Source: Oopsacas minuta
Taxonomy: Eukaryota; Animalia; Porifera
Reading direction: 5' to 3'
NCBI GenBank assembly: GCA_024704765.1
Contig: JAKMXF010000222.1
Span: 1,178,001-1,242,000, forward strand
DNA length: 64,000 bases
Below are positions 1-12,618 of this stretch, piece by piece (the stretch's first letter is position 1; each line of letters begins with the position of its first letter). The notes under the pieces were generated by a model that had not been told where the DNA came from, ran no database searches, and saw nothing but the letters and a program-made list of their open reading frames with translations. The position numbers and the translations under genes are program-made.

Positions 1-935
1 CGAACATCAATACTCTTCCTTCACATCACCACAATGTTCAAAACGAACATAAAATAACAAACTCGACAAATTTGCTATGTCACTAGATTCATCTAGCTGC
101 AAAGAATACCATTTAGCTGATTTTATTTGCTAGATCAGCTGTTCTTCCATGTCGCAAGCAAGATCGATCACTCTTCTAGCAACAGTGTCGTTTGATAGTG
201 GAACCCGCGCAGTTATCTTTGCTGCAGATTCTCCCAACATTTCTCGGCATAGATCACCAATGCAACCAACCAGAAGTTGTTCGCCAATTATGTATGGTTT
301 TTTTGCCTTCACAATACGTAAAGATTCCTTGTAAGAAGCTCTTAATGCTGAAACATTTATGTGAGATGAATCAACATTTGTTTCTGGCAGCCTATTAATT
401 CGTCGCGTTTTTCTTGAAAAACTCAACTGGTTTTGAGATCAGCACCGTTTGTAAATGTCTACTGAACTTTGAAGGCTTTAAAGCTCCATTGGACAAAACC
501 TCGCCACATATAAGACACTGAGGCTTCTGTAGTCCATCTTTGAATATAGAAGTAAAACCAAAGCGAATGAATGAAATGTCGTAGTTATGGATTTTCGTGC
601 AACCTCTTTTTCCCGGTTTGTCGGATTTATCAATAACTCATCTTCATCAGATCCCGAAATGTCTTGAGAATCAGTATAGAGTCTATTACTCTTAGTTAGG
701 TAAGTATCCAATTGTCCTCGCTTTCGTTTGGACATAAATTTCTTTTTCAACTATAGCAAATTAATAACTAAAATATTAATAGATATTAGCAAAGGTACGA
801 TCTATTTGAAAACTATCAATGGAAGTTCTACCTATTCTTAAAACAGGATAACTGTTTGTATTTAATGCTCTATGTTATATGTTTGCTGGGTGACATAATT
901 CTAAATAGCATTCTAGGAGGTGGAATAAGTGTAAT

Positions 936-3900
936 CGTGACCTACGTTATAATAAGGCCTGTTCACTAGTGCGATTTTTTGGACCATGGATGTCGTTTAA
1001 GTCCATTGAATTTTATTTCAAATAATCATGTATTTGATGTTATTCACCCAAATCGTGAACTTAAAAATTATTCTTAGGCGATTTTAAAGACTATGGATGT
1101 CGTTGAAGGCTTGTAAAAAGTATTTCTTAGAAACCCATAATATTTATATTAATTTATGAATTAACCTTTTTGTTATATTCAATTTATTGAAACAATACAT
1201 TTAAGTGCTCACTACCCGTTGTACCTTGTCCTCTTGTACTTTTATCCTAAGTTGTTTAGACAACTTAGATTTTATCTCTGTAATGCCGCTCTCCACCCTG
1301 TTCTATCAGTTATGTGCATTTCTTTAATCTACCTCTCGATTTCTCCTTTTTATAGTTTCAATTAGCTTGTCATGCCCAACAGGTGTTCTGCCCCCGGATG
1401 TCGGAGTAATTACGCAGGAGAACCTTATACTCCAGTATTTAAGCTGCCAAATGGCCCACCTGATCTTCTCAATCGTTGGCTTCGAGCGCTCTGTAGAGAA
1501 GGTATCAGAGACTTCTAGAATGTGTTTGTGTGCTCAAAACATTTCCTCGACGAAGAAATTCAGACCAGTTTTTCTATCCATCAACCAGATGGAACATACT
1601 TAGAAGTACCAGCTAAGCCTAAATTGCAGAAGGATGCAGTGCCAAGATTTCTACCTGGATGTCCACTTCATCTCTCTTCGTCATCTGACATCATACCTCC
1701 GAGATTTGATAGATCTTTGAGAGAACAGCACTTGATTGATACTGCAATAAATGAGAGTCTATTACAGTATAACCAAGACAAAGAACTTTTTCAGATTACT
1801 ACACTGGAAGACTTGGTATCCAAAACGAAGCACTAGGGTTTGCCTAATCATTGGTTAGTTTGGTCTTCTGATGATAATTCCTTTAATTTACTCAAACCTT
1901 CTATAACGAATAACAGTTTGATTGCAATTAGATGCTCGTTAGCTATTACCGAAACATTACATACTATGGGTTTCTACGAAGGTATACGCATTCCTCTTTC
2001 TCTCACTCAGATAAATGATATTCGTCAACTTAACGATTTGCTTAAAGAAATTGAAAACCATTCTGCCCCTACTAATTCTCCTGAAACATTCCAACGCCAT
2101 ATCAGAGAAGCAACCGGAAGCATTCGTAAAGCTATTGACTCCCTTTCAACTGGAGAAGAATCTGGAAACCAACAGCCTCTATTATCAAGTCTTCAGTTTA
2201 TTCTATGCCAATTGGATAACGCTTTGATCGCGAAAACTATGAGGCGATACAACATCGAAACTCTTGTCTTGTCCCTCAAATGTCAGCTTATCTCGCCAGT
2301 TTGTTATAGATATCTTCAATCCCTGGACTGTCTATCATTGCCGCACCTTTCTACTCTAAAGCGCTTATATTCCAATTTTGGTTTGGATTCTGAGTTTACC
2401 AACTATCTCAAACAATCAGTCACTCAGTTTAACAAATGGGAACGAAATGTAGTGATTCAGATGGATGAAATTCATGTAAAATCCACATTTACATACAAAG
2501 GAGGTAAGTTAATTGGATCTTCTTTGAATCCTACTGATCCTGCAAAAACCGTTTTTGCCTTCATGATATCAAGTTTGTCCAAACGATGGTCCAGTATTGT
2601 CCGTTTACTGCCCTGTTCCAGCTCATCTGCTGAGGTACTCTTTCCTATCATCAAAGATGTTATTCGTGATGTTGAAGCATGTGGACTTTCTGTACACGTT
2701 TTATGTACTGATAATTACCCGATGAACGTTAACATTTTCAAGTTATTTTCTCCCAGCCGACTTCTAGAGCATATTGTTCCTCACCCTATGGACTCAAACC
2801 GGCCATTGTTTTTGCTTTTTGACTTCGTTCATATAATCAAATCGATACGTAATAACTGGCTAAACCAAATAGATTATAATAAAACATTCACTTATCCAGA
2901 TTTTGAGAACATACAAGTTGCGAGCACTGCAGTTTTCGAAGAAATTCGCAAATTATATAAAAGTGACCAACACTCTGTTGCTAAATTAGCTCCAAGATTA
3001 ACCTCTAAAGCTTGTTGGCCTTCCACTTTAGAACGACAAAATGTTTCTTTAGCTTTAAGGATATTTGATGAATCTACACCCGCTGCATTAAACGTTAGCT
3101 ACCAATCGCGATACCACACTTCTACAAATTCACAGACTGCAGACATTATCCCCATTATTTGTAATGTTTGGAAGATATTCAACATCAATACTCCGAACAA
3201 GGGTATCCTTCACAAAGATGAATTTTCAGTTCCACTTACCTACAATGATACCAGATTTATGTTCCTTCAACGTGTAGTTGATTGGGCTGAATGTTGGCAA
3301 GTCATGCCTGACAAAAGAGGTAAATTAAGTCCTCAAACCTTTACAAGTTTCCGTCACTCTTGTATTTCACTCCCGTGCATTGTAAACCATCTGGCTGGAA
3401 ATTGTGGCTATTCGTACGTCCTTTCTTCGTTCTTGTAAAATGATCCACTTGAGCATCATTTTGGCTTGTATAGGATGATGTCAGGAGCACAATACCACAC
3501 TAGCTATTGCCAGGCCCTTGAAACAGAACGGAGAATAAAGTTGTCCAGCATACTCAAATTATTTTCGAAAAAGCCTGTAGAAGATAGCATATCACTTAAG
3601 AACTTCTTAGAATCGTGCTCATCCTCTTGTGACCAAGACTCCCATGCGTCTTTCAGCTTGGAGATGTATCTCTCGGCGATTCAGGGATATTCAGGGATAG
3701 AATTAAACAAGCAAATACTCCAATCACTCTCCTTTATAGCAGGCTACTCAGTGCATGCCTATTACAAACATTCTACTAAATGTCAATCATGTCTCTTATT
3801 CCTCACTGAAAACAAAGAAATGGAAATTGAAGAACCTTCAGATTCTGAATATCGATTAATCCAGATAATCGACCGAGGCTCACTAAAATGGCCAAGTAGT

Positions 3901-4560
3901 GATGTCATAGACGCAATTATTACGCTATGGAAAGTATTCTCTTCTATCGAGAGTCAACCAAGCATATTCAATAGCTTTATAACCGGTCCTTCTAGAAGTA
4001 TCCTGATACAGTTAACAACAAGTCTTATAGAAGATGAACAAGCTGAAGTATGGAGAGTGATGTGTGACGAATGTGGTACACTCATGTGGGATGTATTAGC
4101 TAAACTATTGACTGCTACATCTAACTGTCTTATGTCAAATAAGATTAAGAACATGAATTCCCAGCTACCCTTGAAACCGTGTGTCGAAAATACTCGAAAA
4201 TTAAAGAAATTAAAGCCTAATTAACTTATCACATACCACTTTAATATACGTATCTTTTATTATTTTGTACTATTATCAGGGACTCACTATTTGAAATATG
4301 CTTAGTATTAAACCCAATATTATTTTCTCTCATGGATTCACATTTTAGTTAATTTTCTCTAACTATAACATTTACTGTAAAAATAAGGACTTAAATGCAT
4401 CCATGGTCTTCAAAATCGCTTAAGAACAATTTTAAGTTCACGATTTGGGTGAATAACATCAAATACATGATTATTTGAAATAAAATTTAATGGACTTAAA
4501 CGACATCCATGGTCCAAAAAATCGCACTAGAGAACAGGCCTTATTATAACGTAGGTCACG
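936..4560 (+). mobile_element. P-superfamily (THAP transposase) element with long TIRs and 7-bp TSD
   Basis: TIRs 936-1099 and 4398-4560 (CGTGACCTACGTTATAATAAGGCC...), about 6 mismatches. GTGTAAT is duplicated at 929-935 and 4561-4567. Confidence 0.92.
1372..4224 (+). pseudogene. THAP-domain P-element transposase (THAP9-like), one frame broken by 3 in-frame stops
   Basis: ATG 1372: MPNRCSAPGC...W...VCSKHF (THAP C2CH). Core motifs QMDEIHVK, FDFVHIIKSIRNN, RQNVSLALRIF, (Q)NDPLEHHFG. ORFs starting 1522, 1840 and 3466 share the frame. Stops: TAG 1516, TAG 1834, TAA 3436. Confidence 0.9.
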
Positions 4561-5752
4561 GTGTAATTTGTTTACAATTCCAGGAAAGCGAAATGAATTC
4601 AGATATTATCGTAAAAGTTGTGTGGAAGAACTAAAACTTTAAAGAATAAAATTTCGTAAATCACTTTCCATAGCCATTCCGCGGCCCCTTTGCAACTTCC
4701 TCGCGGACCCCAGTTTGAGTACCACTGGATTAGATCATTCTTATTACTTATGCATTATTGTGCAATTTTATCAGTTTGGTCTATCCTAAGACTCGTTTTC
4801 TCTTCCCAAAGTTCTGATCAAACTTTTGCAGGGCTAGGATGTAGATGATAAACTAATCGCATAAAGTCATAAACCATATAAGCCCCAGGTGTATGATGAA
4901 GCCTTCCAGGCCATCCAACATGCTAACCGTTATAGGAAATTCATCTTCATTGATATTAGGAATTGTGTCAAGAAACCAGAGACTGTTTGTTATACAATGG
5001 TTAGATTTGAAATCCAATACCAATATTATCTAAACTGTCATTCAACTATCTTGATGTTCGTTACTAAGAGTTATCTCTGATAGATAACAAACTAAATCTA
5101 ATTACGCAGGTATGAGGAATTTTGCAGATTTTACGACATTCTTTAGGTCTATGTACTTTCGTTTCCAGAGAGGGGAAGTGTTTATATCGTGATCTGTTTT
5201 AACAAGCTGAAAGCCATTAGGAGCGATCGTTTTGCCATTAACTACTTCTCTATTAGTTAGTTCGGCAAATGAATTATGAAGTGGGACTAATCTCAGCCTT
5301 TGATAGTCAATTCTTAGAGAAGCTTTCTTGTACTTCTTAATAGATCTACTTCAAATATTACTTTCTCACTATATATTCATTTCTTTGCAGGTTTGTCCAA
5401 GAATACAAGAATGAGAAAGAATTCTTCCAAGTGGTGACATCGCTTGCTGTATCTATCTTTCCTACATCTGAGATCTTTGAATGTCCTCTGAATATTACGA
5501 ATTTTCGGACTTGATAATCCAAATTTATTAATATAATCAATAATTGCCTCTCTTCAAGACACTTTGGAAAGGAAATATTCAAAGGCCACCTGGTTATTCA
5601 TTTTAGTTTATATTATAAAAACAAAACTTTTAAAATCAATAGTGAATTAACAAGTCAATGTCATTAAAAATGTTTGACTGGTTTTGGGTGCCTACTGACG
5701 CATTTAGAAAACATAATTTTTAAGCGAATATATGTATCTTTCGATATGTTTA

Positions 5753-7059
5753 TACGAAGGGCACTGGAAAAGCTTTGACATTGACCGGCATGTCAGATAG
5801 TAATAATAAAATTGACCATTAAATATTTTCAAAATACTCTCCCTGACAATCAATACTTTTTTCATTCTGGTAAACCAATTATCAAAACATTTTTTCCACT
5901 CTTCTTTGGGTATGTCTCTGATCGCTTGGAAAAGTGCCCCTCTCAACTCCTCATTAGTCGAAGATCCCCCACGCAATTGATCTTTGAGTCTAGGGAACAA
6001 CCAGAAGTGGCAAGGGGCTAAATCAGGACTGTAGGGTGGGTGAAGTAATGTTTTGAATCCAGAATTTTCCAAAACCCCGCGAGTTCTGTTTGCCGTATGC
6101 AATGATGCATTATCATGATGAAGAAGAATTCCTCTAATGCCTGTCTTCTCCCGCTGTGACTCAATTGCTGTGATGACTTTGGGTAGGCACACTCTAGTGT
6201 ACCTGTCGGCAGTAACAGTCTTTCTCTCCTCGAGAGCAACAGCTTCGACAAACCCACTAGATCTGAAAAAAATCGCCCACATTTGTTTCCCAACAGATCT
6301 AGCCCTCCGCACTTTGGTTGGAGGTGGGGTATCTTATTAAACCCACTCCTTTGACATTCGCTTTGTTTACGGTTCATAATGGTATATCCATTTCTCATCA
6401 CCTGTAAGGATCTCAGAAACAGCTCTTGAACTTCCAGGAGCAAACCTTCTGAGCATAATTTTGCAAAAGTCTATGCGGGATATCTTTTGCTGTAAGTTCA
6501 AAGAATGGGGGATCTATCGGGCACACAACTTGCTGACACAAAGCTCTTTGTACAAAATGATATTAATTGTCCTCGATGATAACTCGGTTTCATACTCTAA
6601 CTGAGCGTACGTAATATGAGGATCTTTAGTAATTAGATCTAGCATTTCGTTAACATTTTCTTTATTATGTAAACATTCTGTCATCCTGCACGAGGAGCAT
6701 CTTCAACAACAAAGTTCCCGTGAATAAATTTCCTGTAACATCGTTCAACTGTGCTTAGAGAAGGAGCTAGATCCGGGAAAAGTTCTTGTAAAGATTCATA
6801 GATTTCTACTCTTGTCTTCTGTAGTTTGAATAAGATCAAAACCATTGCTCGAAAATCGCGTTTTGTAAGATCTGATTTAGATTGAGATATTTTAGAAGCC
6901 ATGTATACAAAATTATCCAATTTTTGAAAGTAGAAGATATAAATGAATGAAAGTTTCAAAGTAGAGTAATAAAATATGTCTGAAAAGATGGATGCGGGAA
7001 AATATCCACAGGTTAATGGTTTCATATCAAACGGCAAATCTTTTCGAATGCCCCTCGTA
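5753..7059 (-). mobile_element. mariner (DD34D) element, full length (1307 bp), decayed transposase
   Basis: TIRs TACGA(A/G)GGGCA..GAAAAG with TA flanks at 5751-52 and 7060-61. Motifs APSLSTVER, KLCAR*IPH, TGDEKW, LHHDNA, HPPYSPDLAPC. Several stops and frameshifts. Confidence 0.9.
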
Positions 7060-7799
7060 TATATTTACTTGTCACGACTGACACATACCACGATATATAT
7101 CACTCACTGGGTATATCTAGCACGTTGTTTTTTCGTATAGTAGGTAAGAGATCTTGCGTCAAACCCAATACTGTTTCTAGATATCTATTTTCTACATATT
7201 TGGATTAATGTATATGATGAGTTATTACACAATCAGATTGAAATGTAAAATTGACAAATTTTACAATTATTATACTTAGAACTCCCTCATTTGTTCAATC
7301 ATTCCAATGACTCAAAGCATCGCTCTTCTTTTGTTTATTGCTAAATTTCATTTAAAAATGATCAAGTTGTTAAGAAAACAACACAAATTTTGAAAATATA
7401 TTAGTTTTTGAAATACAAACTTTCAAAGAATCTTCTTATATGTTCAACTAAGCCGTTAGCCATTTGGTTGTAACCGCGAGTGCTTATCTACATGCAGTTT
7501 CTTGTGAGACTATTTGAATTCCAAAAATCATTTAGTATTCATGCTTGCTAATAAACAGAAACTTTTTAATACTCACTTTACTTGTGAGCGCTGGCTATTC
7601 TTGTCATGCTGGATGGTATAGGGTAATCCCCTAACCAAGTAGTTCTATTCCAGGTTCTTACTAATTTCTCAGATGTCTTATATTTGAGATGATATACAGC
7701 AACATACTTGCTCAGATAACAAACAGTCACTGATACAAGTTCTATCCATCTTTCTCATTCTTATCACTTATATAGTCCATTTCTATCGGTTTCTAGGTT

Positions 7800-8440
7800 T
7801 CAGATGGAGGTGGAATTTGTTGTAGCTTCTTTTGTGGTTGTGGTAATGTAGCAGTCAGCGGAAAGCATGTCATGGGCAATGTGGCCAATTATTGCAGTTG
7901 CAGAGAATCTTGAGTGTAATCCAATCCCCATATCAATCCCATTTTGACTTTGCAAGTCAACCAAGCCTTGATGATTTCCCAATGGTCTGTTATTCTTAGA
8001 TATACAATAACATGTACAGAAGACTCTCTTTGTAGTATCCCAGTTTTTGCTGTTCATAACATCTACATGGGTAGGCATATTGTTTTCTCCTGCTGGGTCA
8101 TGATGTCTTTTGATATAATATGCGCATCTGAATGCAATTGCTGGAGTATCTTTCTGTAGTGATGTAAGCTTAGCCTTTGTGAGCTTCGTTATGTTTGACA
8201 TTCGTCATTTGTCATTCCGGACTCAAGTGAACCCCGTGCGTTCGATATGAACCTAAACCTTTAATAGATCCACAGAAATGCACCCAAGTCTCCCTTCTTT
8301 GCACAATAGCCAAGGATGATCATACCTTTTCACACGCCAAATTTCATCTGTACATACTTCTGGAATATCAGCCACTATCGAAGGTGTTGGAATATATGGT
8401 GACAAATCGTAGTCCATGTCGTTTGTTTTACTTATGTTTG
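7800..8440 (-). pseudogene. Degraded hAT-derived fragment (KIAA1586/ZNF862-like)
   Basis: VFCTCYCISKNNRPLGNHQGLVDLQSQNGIDMGIGLHSRFSATAIIGHIAHDM, and upstream HPWLLCKEGRLGC. No TIRs seen. Confidence 0.6.
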
Positions 8441-8679
8441 TTGGTTGCTTTCTGAAATTGAAACATTATCCGAATTATTTAGAAATCCAATCATGTTTGA
8501 TTGGTAAACATCTCTTAAAATAATAAATAGCTAAAAAAATATTAGATATAATGTATGTTGGTCCAACTATTGCAAGAATGCTAAACTCGCACACAAAATG
8601 CTGAACGAGTGAGAAATTGGTGGGGTAACGCGTTCCCCGCGTTCCCCTGGAAAACATCAGTCTTCGGGTAGTCTATATA

Positions 8680-9595
8680 CAGTCAGGGGACAAAAGTATT
8701 CGACCACACAAATATATTGTCATAAATTGTATACTCTTTCCCGCTCCTATATATTGTGTAGTCTATATTCGTAGCTGCTATCTAGTAATTTGTATAGAAT
8801 AACATATGTTTTTCAAGAATTTCAAAAAAATATTTTAGATTGACACTTTTTGAAGGTGTTAATTATTAATAATTATTAGATAATTATTGATAATCAAAAT
8901 ATGTGGTAATTCAAAACCTATTAAGAATCTATAATTTCTGACTTGATATTTGAATTTTACGTAGGCGAGTTACCCCAAGTTGAAATTTCCAATCGGATTG
9001 AACAATTTTTACCAAAGTTATAAAAGAATTTCAATTTGTCCCACTTGTGCCACTTTTTCAAAAAGTGGCACAGGTGGCAGGAAAAAGCGCCACTACAAGG
9101 AAATCAACTAGGGTTAGGAGGAATAAGTCGAAGTAATATTTTCGAATGATATGACTATGCTAACCCTTGAAATCCAAAATAACCTCTTGGTAGCGGCCAC
9201 TTGTGCCACCTTCGGCAAAGGTGGCACAAATGGCACAAAATTGAAATTTATCTATAACTCTGTTAAAAATTGCTCAATCCGATTGGAAATTTCAATCTGG
9301 GGTAACTCGCCTACGTAGAATTCAAATATCAAGTCAGAAATTATACATTCTTAATAGGTTTTGAATTACCACATATTTTGATTATCAATAATTATCTAAT
9401 AATTATTAATAATTAACACCTTCAAAAAGTGTCAATCTAAAATATTTTTTTGAAATTCTTGAAAAACATATGTTATTCTATACAAATTACTAGATAGCAG
9501 CTACGAATATAGACTACACAATGTATAGGAGCGGGAAAGAGTATACAATTTATGACAATATATTTGTGTGGTCGAATACTTTTGTCCCCTGGCTG
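8680..9595. mobile_element. Palindromic Tc1-like MITE, copy 1 (916 bp)
   Basis: Starts CAGTCAGGGGACAAAAGTATT and ends with the inverse; TA on both sides; ~400-bp inverted arms; no ORF. Confidence 0.92.
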
Positions 9596-9799
9596 TATTA
9601 ACAAAACTTTCATTTGGGGTAATTAACGTGTAAATTAAGGTATCAGCAAACTAATAGAAGTGACAATATAGATATATATTATGACAATTCGCGGTCCTTG
9701 GCCCTGACTTGAGAAAGAACACCATGGCAAATAGGGCATATCCATAAACTGAATTGGGGGAACCAAAATTGTAACCTCGTAATTTGGTGTAAAAATCAC

Positions 9800-10545
9800 T
9801 TCTAAATTCCGATAAATTGTGGATCTGGTCACACATCTTCTGGTGTGTATCTTCTGTCTTGTTGAGCAAGAACAGACTCAGCAACAGATGACCGGTCTTT
9901 ATAGGATCGTCTCCTCCGCGGAGTTCATGCACCACATACACCTGTGCGAGGAGGCGAAGCGCCGTCTTGCGGGTGCAATCAACTAGCCAGATCTTGCTTT
10001 GTTGTAGCAACCCGAGGTTGCGTCGTGTCCCGAAGATTGCGAATCTATCTGCACCGCCTTCACCAGAGTCATAGAGTAGGAACAGTTACCCCTTGGCTAT
10101 CCGCTGGGATTTTGCAAGTTGAACAAACTCAGGTAGGGCGGTAGGTTCTACTTGAGGTGATTGTATACTTGCACGCTGACGCTTTATTGTCCGCTTCAGT
10201 CTTGCAAACTTAGGTAGTTTAGCAGCAGTACCCTCTCATGCTGTCATCATACCCTCACCGATTACGTGTTGTGAGCTGTCATATGTATTCCATGCTTCCA
10301 CTTGATACTTGTCTTTTCTCACAGCAGGCTGTAGCCCGCACTTCAGGTTCATGCAGATGCCTCATTATCTCCATTACCTTTCGTGTGAACCTTTGTTCTC
10401 TCTTTCCCTCTCTCTCGCTACCAACATGTCAAACCTCTTCTCTTTGACCTCATTACTGAACGGTGCAACTATTAATTGAAGTGGATAGTAGTCGGGATGT
10501 GTTAGCTGTACCCCAGTAGAACTTAGTATAATCTTCTATTTTTAG
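9800..10545 (-). pseudogene. Degraded Mutator (MULE, FLYWCH-type) transposase fragment
   Basis: Minus strand gives LFLLYDSGEGGADRFAIFGTRRNL..SKIWLVD..AQVYVVH..GHLL..NKTEDT. Its 5' flank matches the copy at 42850-43045. Confidence 0.65.
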
Positions 10546-11247
10546 TTTTAGAAATCATTAGGTGAATGTTTGAATAGTTAATTATATTTGTTGAATGTTA
10601 CTTATTCATAATAGTAATAGTTCATATTTATATCCCGGAAACTAGGATTTATGAAGAGCTTTGCTCAGTAAGATTTCGACAAAAGTAATGAAACAGAGAC
10701 TGAAAACATTTCAAAATTGACCATCTGTATATTAGATTATACATGCCTGGTTTCCACTAATAGAGTGATCGTAAATCGCAAAGAAAACTCGCTTGTTTAT
10801 TTAACATACCTCTAAATATATAAAGCACACCTTACATGAAGTTATTTCGAGGAAACACACATATATATACACTAGAACCTCTGAATTATGCCACACTTGG
10901 ACTCAGGGAAATTGTCGTTATTTGCTAAAAAATGACTGAAAAACGGAATCACTTGGTGTCTGTAATTCTGAAATACATTAATGTTAATGTCTATTGAAAA
11001 ATCGGAATTTAACCGTGACAAAGGAGCTCTAATAAGCTCGCTCCGAAAAGCAGTGTTAGCCCACACTGAATCCGCGCAAGAGGTTAAAAATTTGAAACAA
11101 GTGCAAAAATGTATTGTCAACTGTTCTTGAAGCTATGTTGGTTTGTAATAACTTCTACGTAATTTGATATGTCATCCTCTAGTAATCAACAATAGATATT
11201 TTCGAGCACTATCTAAATGAATCTATAGAAGCTACTTAATTAATCTA

Positions 11248-12618
11248 CAGTATGTTCAGAAATTATTGGGACTTTTCATGATTAACTTTAATCACCATGA
11301 AGGATATCAGGTTATGCGCATATTATACAACCATTTACCTTACTGTATATATACACTTCCTATAATAGTTAGAAAACCAATAGATTCGCTATTTCACATA
11401 ATATTTCGTTTGTTTGGCTGAAATATTGTGATTCCCAAGCAAATATACCTATATATATTTCGAGACCCCATTTCCGGCATCTAAGACCGCATATTTTGTA
11501 CAATGTACAAGCACTCTACCCAAGAACAGCGTAGAAATCAAATAGAGACACTATACAATGCAGGAATTACCAAAGGAGTGGATATCTGCCAGCGAACAAG
11601 TATACCTAAGCAGACTGTATATCGTGTCTTGAATCTGATAAAAGATAAAAAAAGCCTTCAGCGCAGAAGGGGTGCTGGTCGGCCTTCAAAAATCAAGGCA
11701 AATGACAAAAGAAGGATAGCTGCTTTATATCAAAGCAATCCGAGGACCTCTCTACGCTCTATACTACCAAGATTGAGCTCTCCTGTGTCCATAATTATTC
11801 TTCATGCTCAGGTAAATAGGCAAAACTTTGTCAGCAAGCGGGCTGTCCTAGTTCCAGCACTCACCGACCTCCATGTTTCCAAAAGAATCGCCTGGTGTAA
11901 AGAAATGAAGTGTTTTGATTGGAGTAAGACCTTCTTTACTGATGAATGTTCAGTTTGGCTTGACTCTAGAAGAGTCAACCTGTGGATTAAAAAGGGACAA
12001 ACGGTTCATCTGCCAACCTTCAGGCATCCATCTAAAGTTCATCTTTGGGGTAGAATTTCGATAATGAGGACTACACATCTGAGGATTTTCCCAGAAAATT
12101 TCAATCAGGTGGTATATATTTCCACTCTTCGCGAGTGTTTTATTGAGGATGCTAACGCAAAATACAGAGATAGCTGGGTTTTACAGGAGGATAACAGTCC
12201 TGTGCACACTGGCAGAGCAGCTAAGGGGTGGAAGACGGAGTTTGTCCCCCTTAGAATTGATTGGCCGCCAAATAGTCCAGACCTAGCGCCCATTGAGAAT
12301 CAGTGGGCAGTTTTGAAAAGGAGGTTGATTGTACTTCATCCTAAAACAGTAAGCCAACTAAAACAGGCAATTCAGGACATATGGGAAACATTTGATCCAG
12401 ACTTTCTCCGTCCCTTTTGCACTTCAATGCCCAAAAGAATTAGATTGTGTTTAGACAATGCTGGGAAAAAATTAATTATTGATAGAATGTGATAATAATG
12501 CTGGTATTTCTTCAACTATATGTATTTTAACTTAGTGTTAAAACGAGAAATCTCTATGAGTCATGAATTCATAGTATAATAAATTTATGATCAGTCCCAA
12601 TAATTTCCGAACACACTG
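11248..12618 (+). mobile_element. Tc1-like element, full length (1371 bp)
   Basis: TIRs CAGT(A/G)TGTTC(A/G)GAAATTATTGGGACT with TA flanks at 11246-47 and 12619-20. Confidence 0.93.
11503..12492 (+). CDS. Tc1-family DD34E transposase, open 329 aa
   Basis: Paired-like HTH and GRP; FTDE, QEDNSPVH, WPPNSPDLAPIE; 34 residues counted between the second D and E. Confidence 0.88.
   Translation: MYKHSTQEQRRNQIETLYNAGITKGVDICQRTSIPKQTVYRVLNLIKDKKSLQRRRGAGRPSKIKANDKRRIAALYQSNPRTSLRSILPRLSSPVSIIILHAQVNRQNFVSKRAVLVPALTDLHVSKRIAWCKEMKCFDWSKTFFTDECSVWLDSRRVNLWIKKGQTVHLPTFRHPSKVHLWGRISIMRTTHLRIFPENFNQVVYISTLRECFIEDANAKYRDSWVLQEDNSPVHTGRAAKGWKTEFVPLRIDWPPNSPDLAPIENQWAVLKRRLIVLHPKTVSQLKQAIQDIWETFDPDFLRPFCTSMPKRIRLCLDNAGKKLIIDRM

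Larger units (their letters stand above)
1..4727 (-). mobile_element. hAT (Buster/Charlie, ZBED5-like) DNA transposon, degraded, interrupted by the P element; 3' part lies beyond the window start
   Basis: Minus-strand translation of 1-600 gives a BED finger (FGFTSIFKDGLQKPQCLICGEVLSNGALKPSKF), KPYIIGEQL..VPLSNDTVARR and WYSLQLDESSDIAN (first catalytic D), with a stop and a frameshift. The terminus at 4711-4727 reads CAGTGGTACTCAAACTG on the minus strand and is flanked by GATTAGAT (nnnTAnnn, the Buster-type target). Confidence 0.8.

Noticed and set aside
1372-4224. TAA/TAG reassigned to Gln (alternative genetic code) to explain the in-frame stops
   Set aside because: Host genes end in TAA or TAG (DNAJC17, FKBP6, GTPase, Sp) and their long ORFs have no internal TAR codons.
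9105-9120. Telomeric TTAGGG-like sequence in the MITE spacer
   Set aside because: Under two units and part of the element's internal symmetry.
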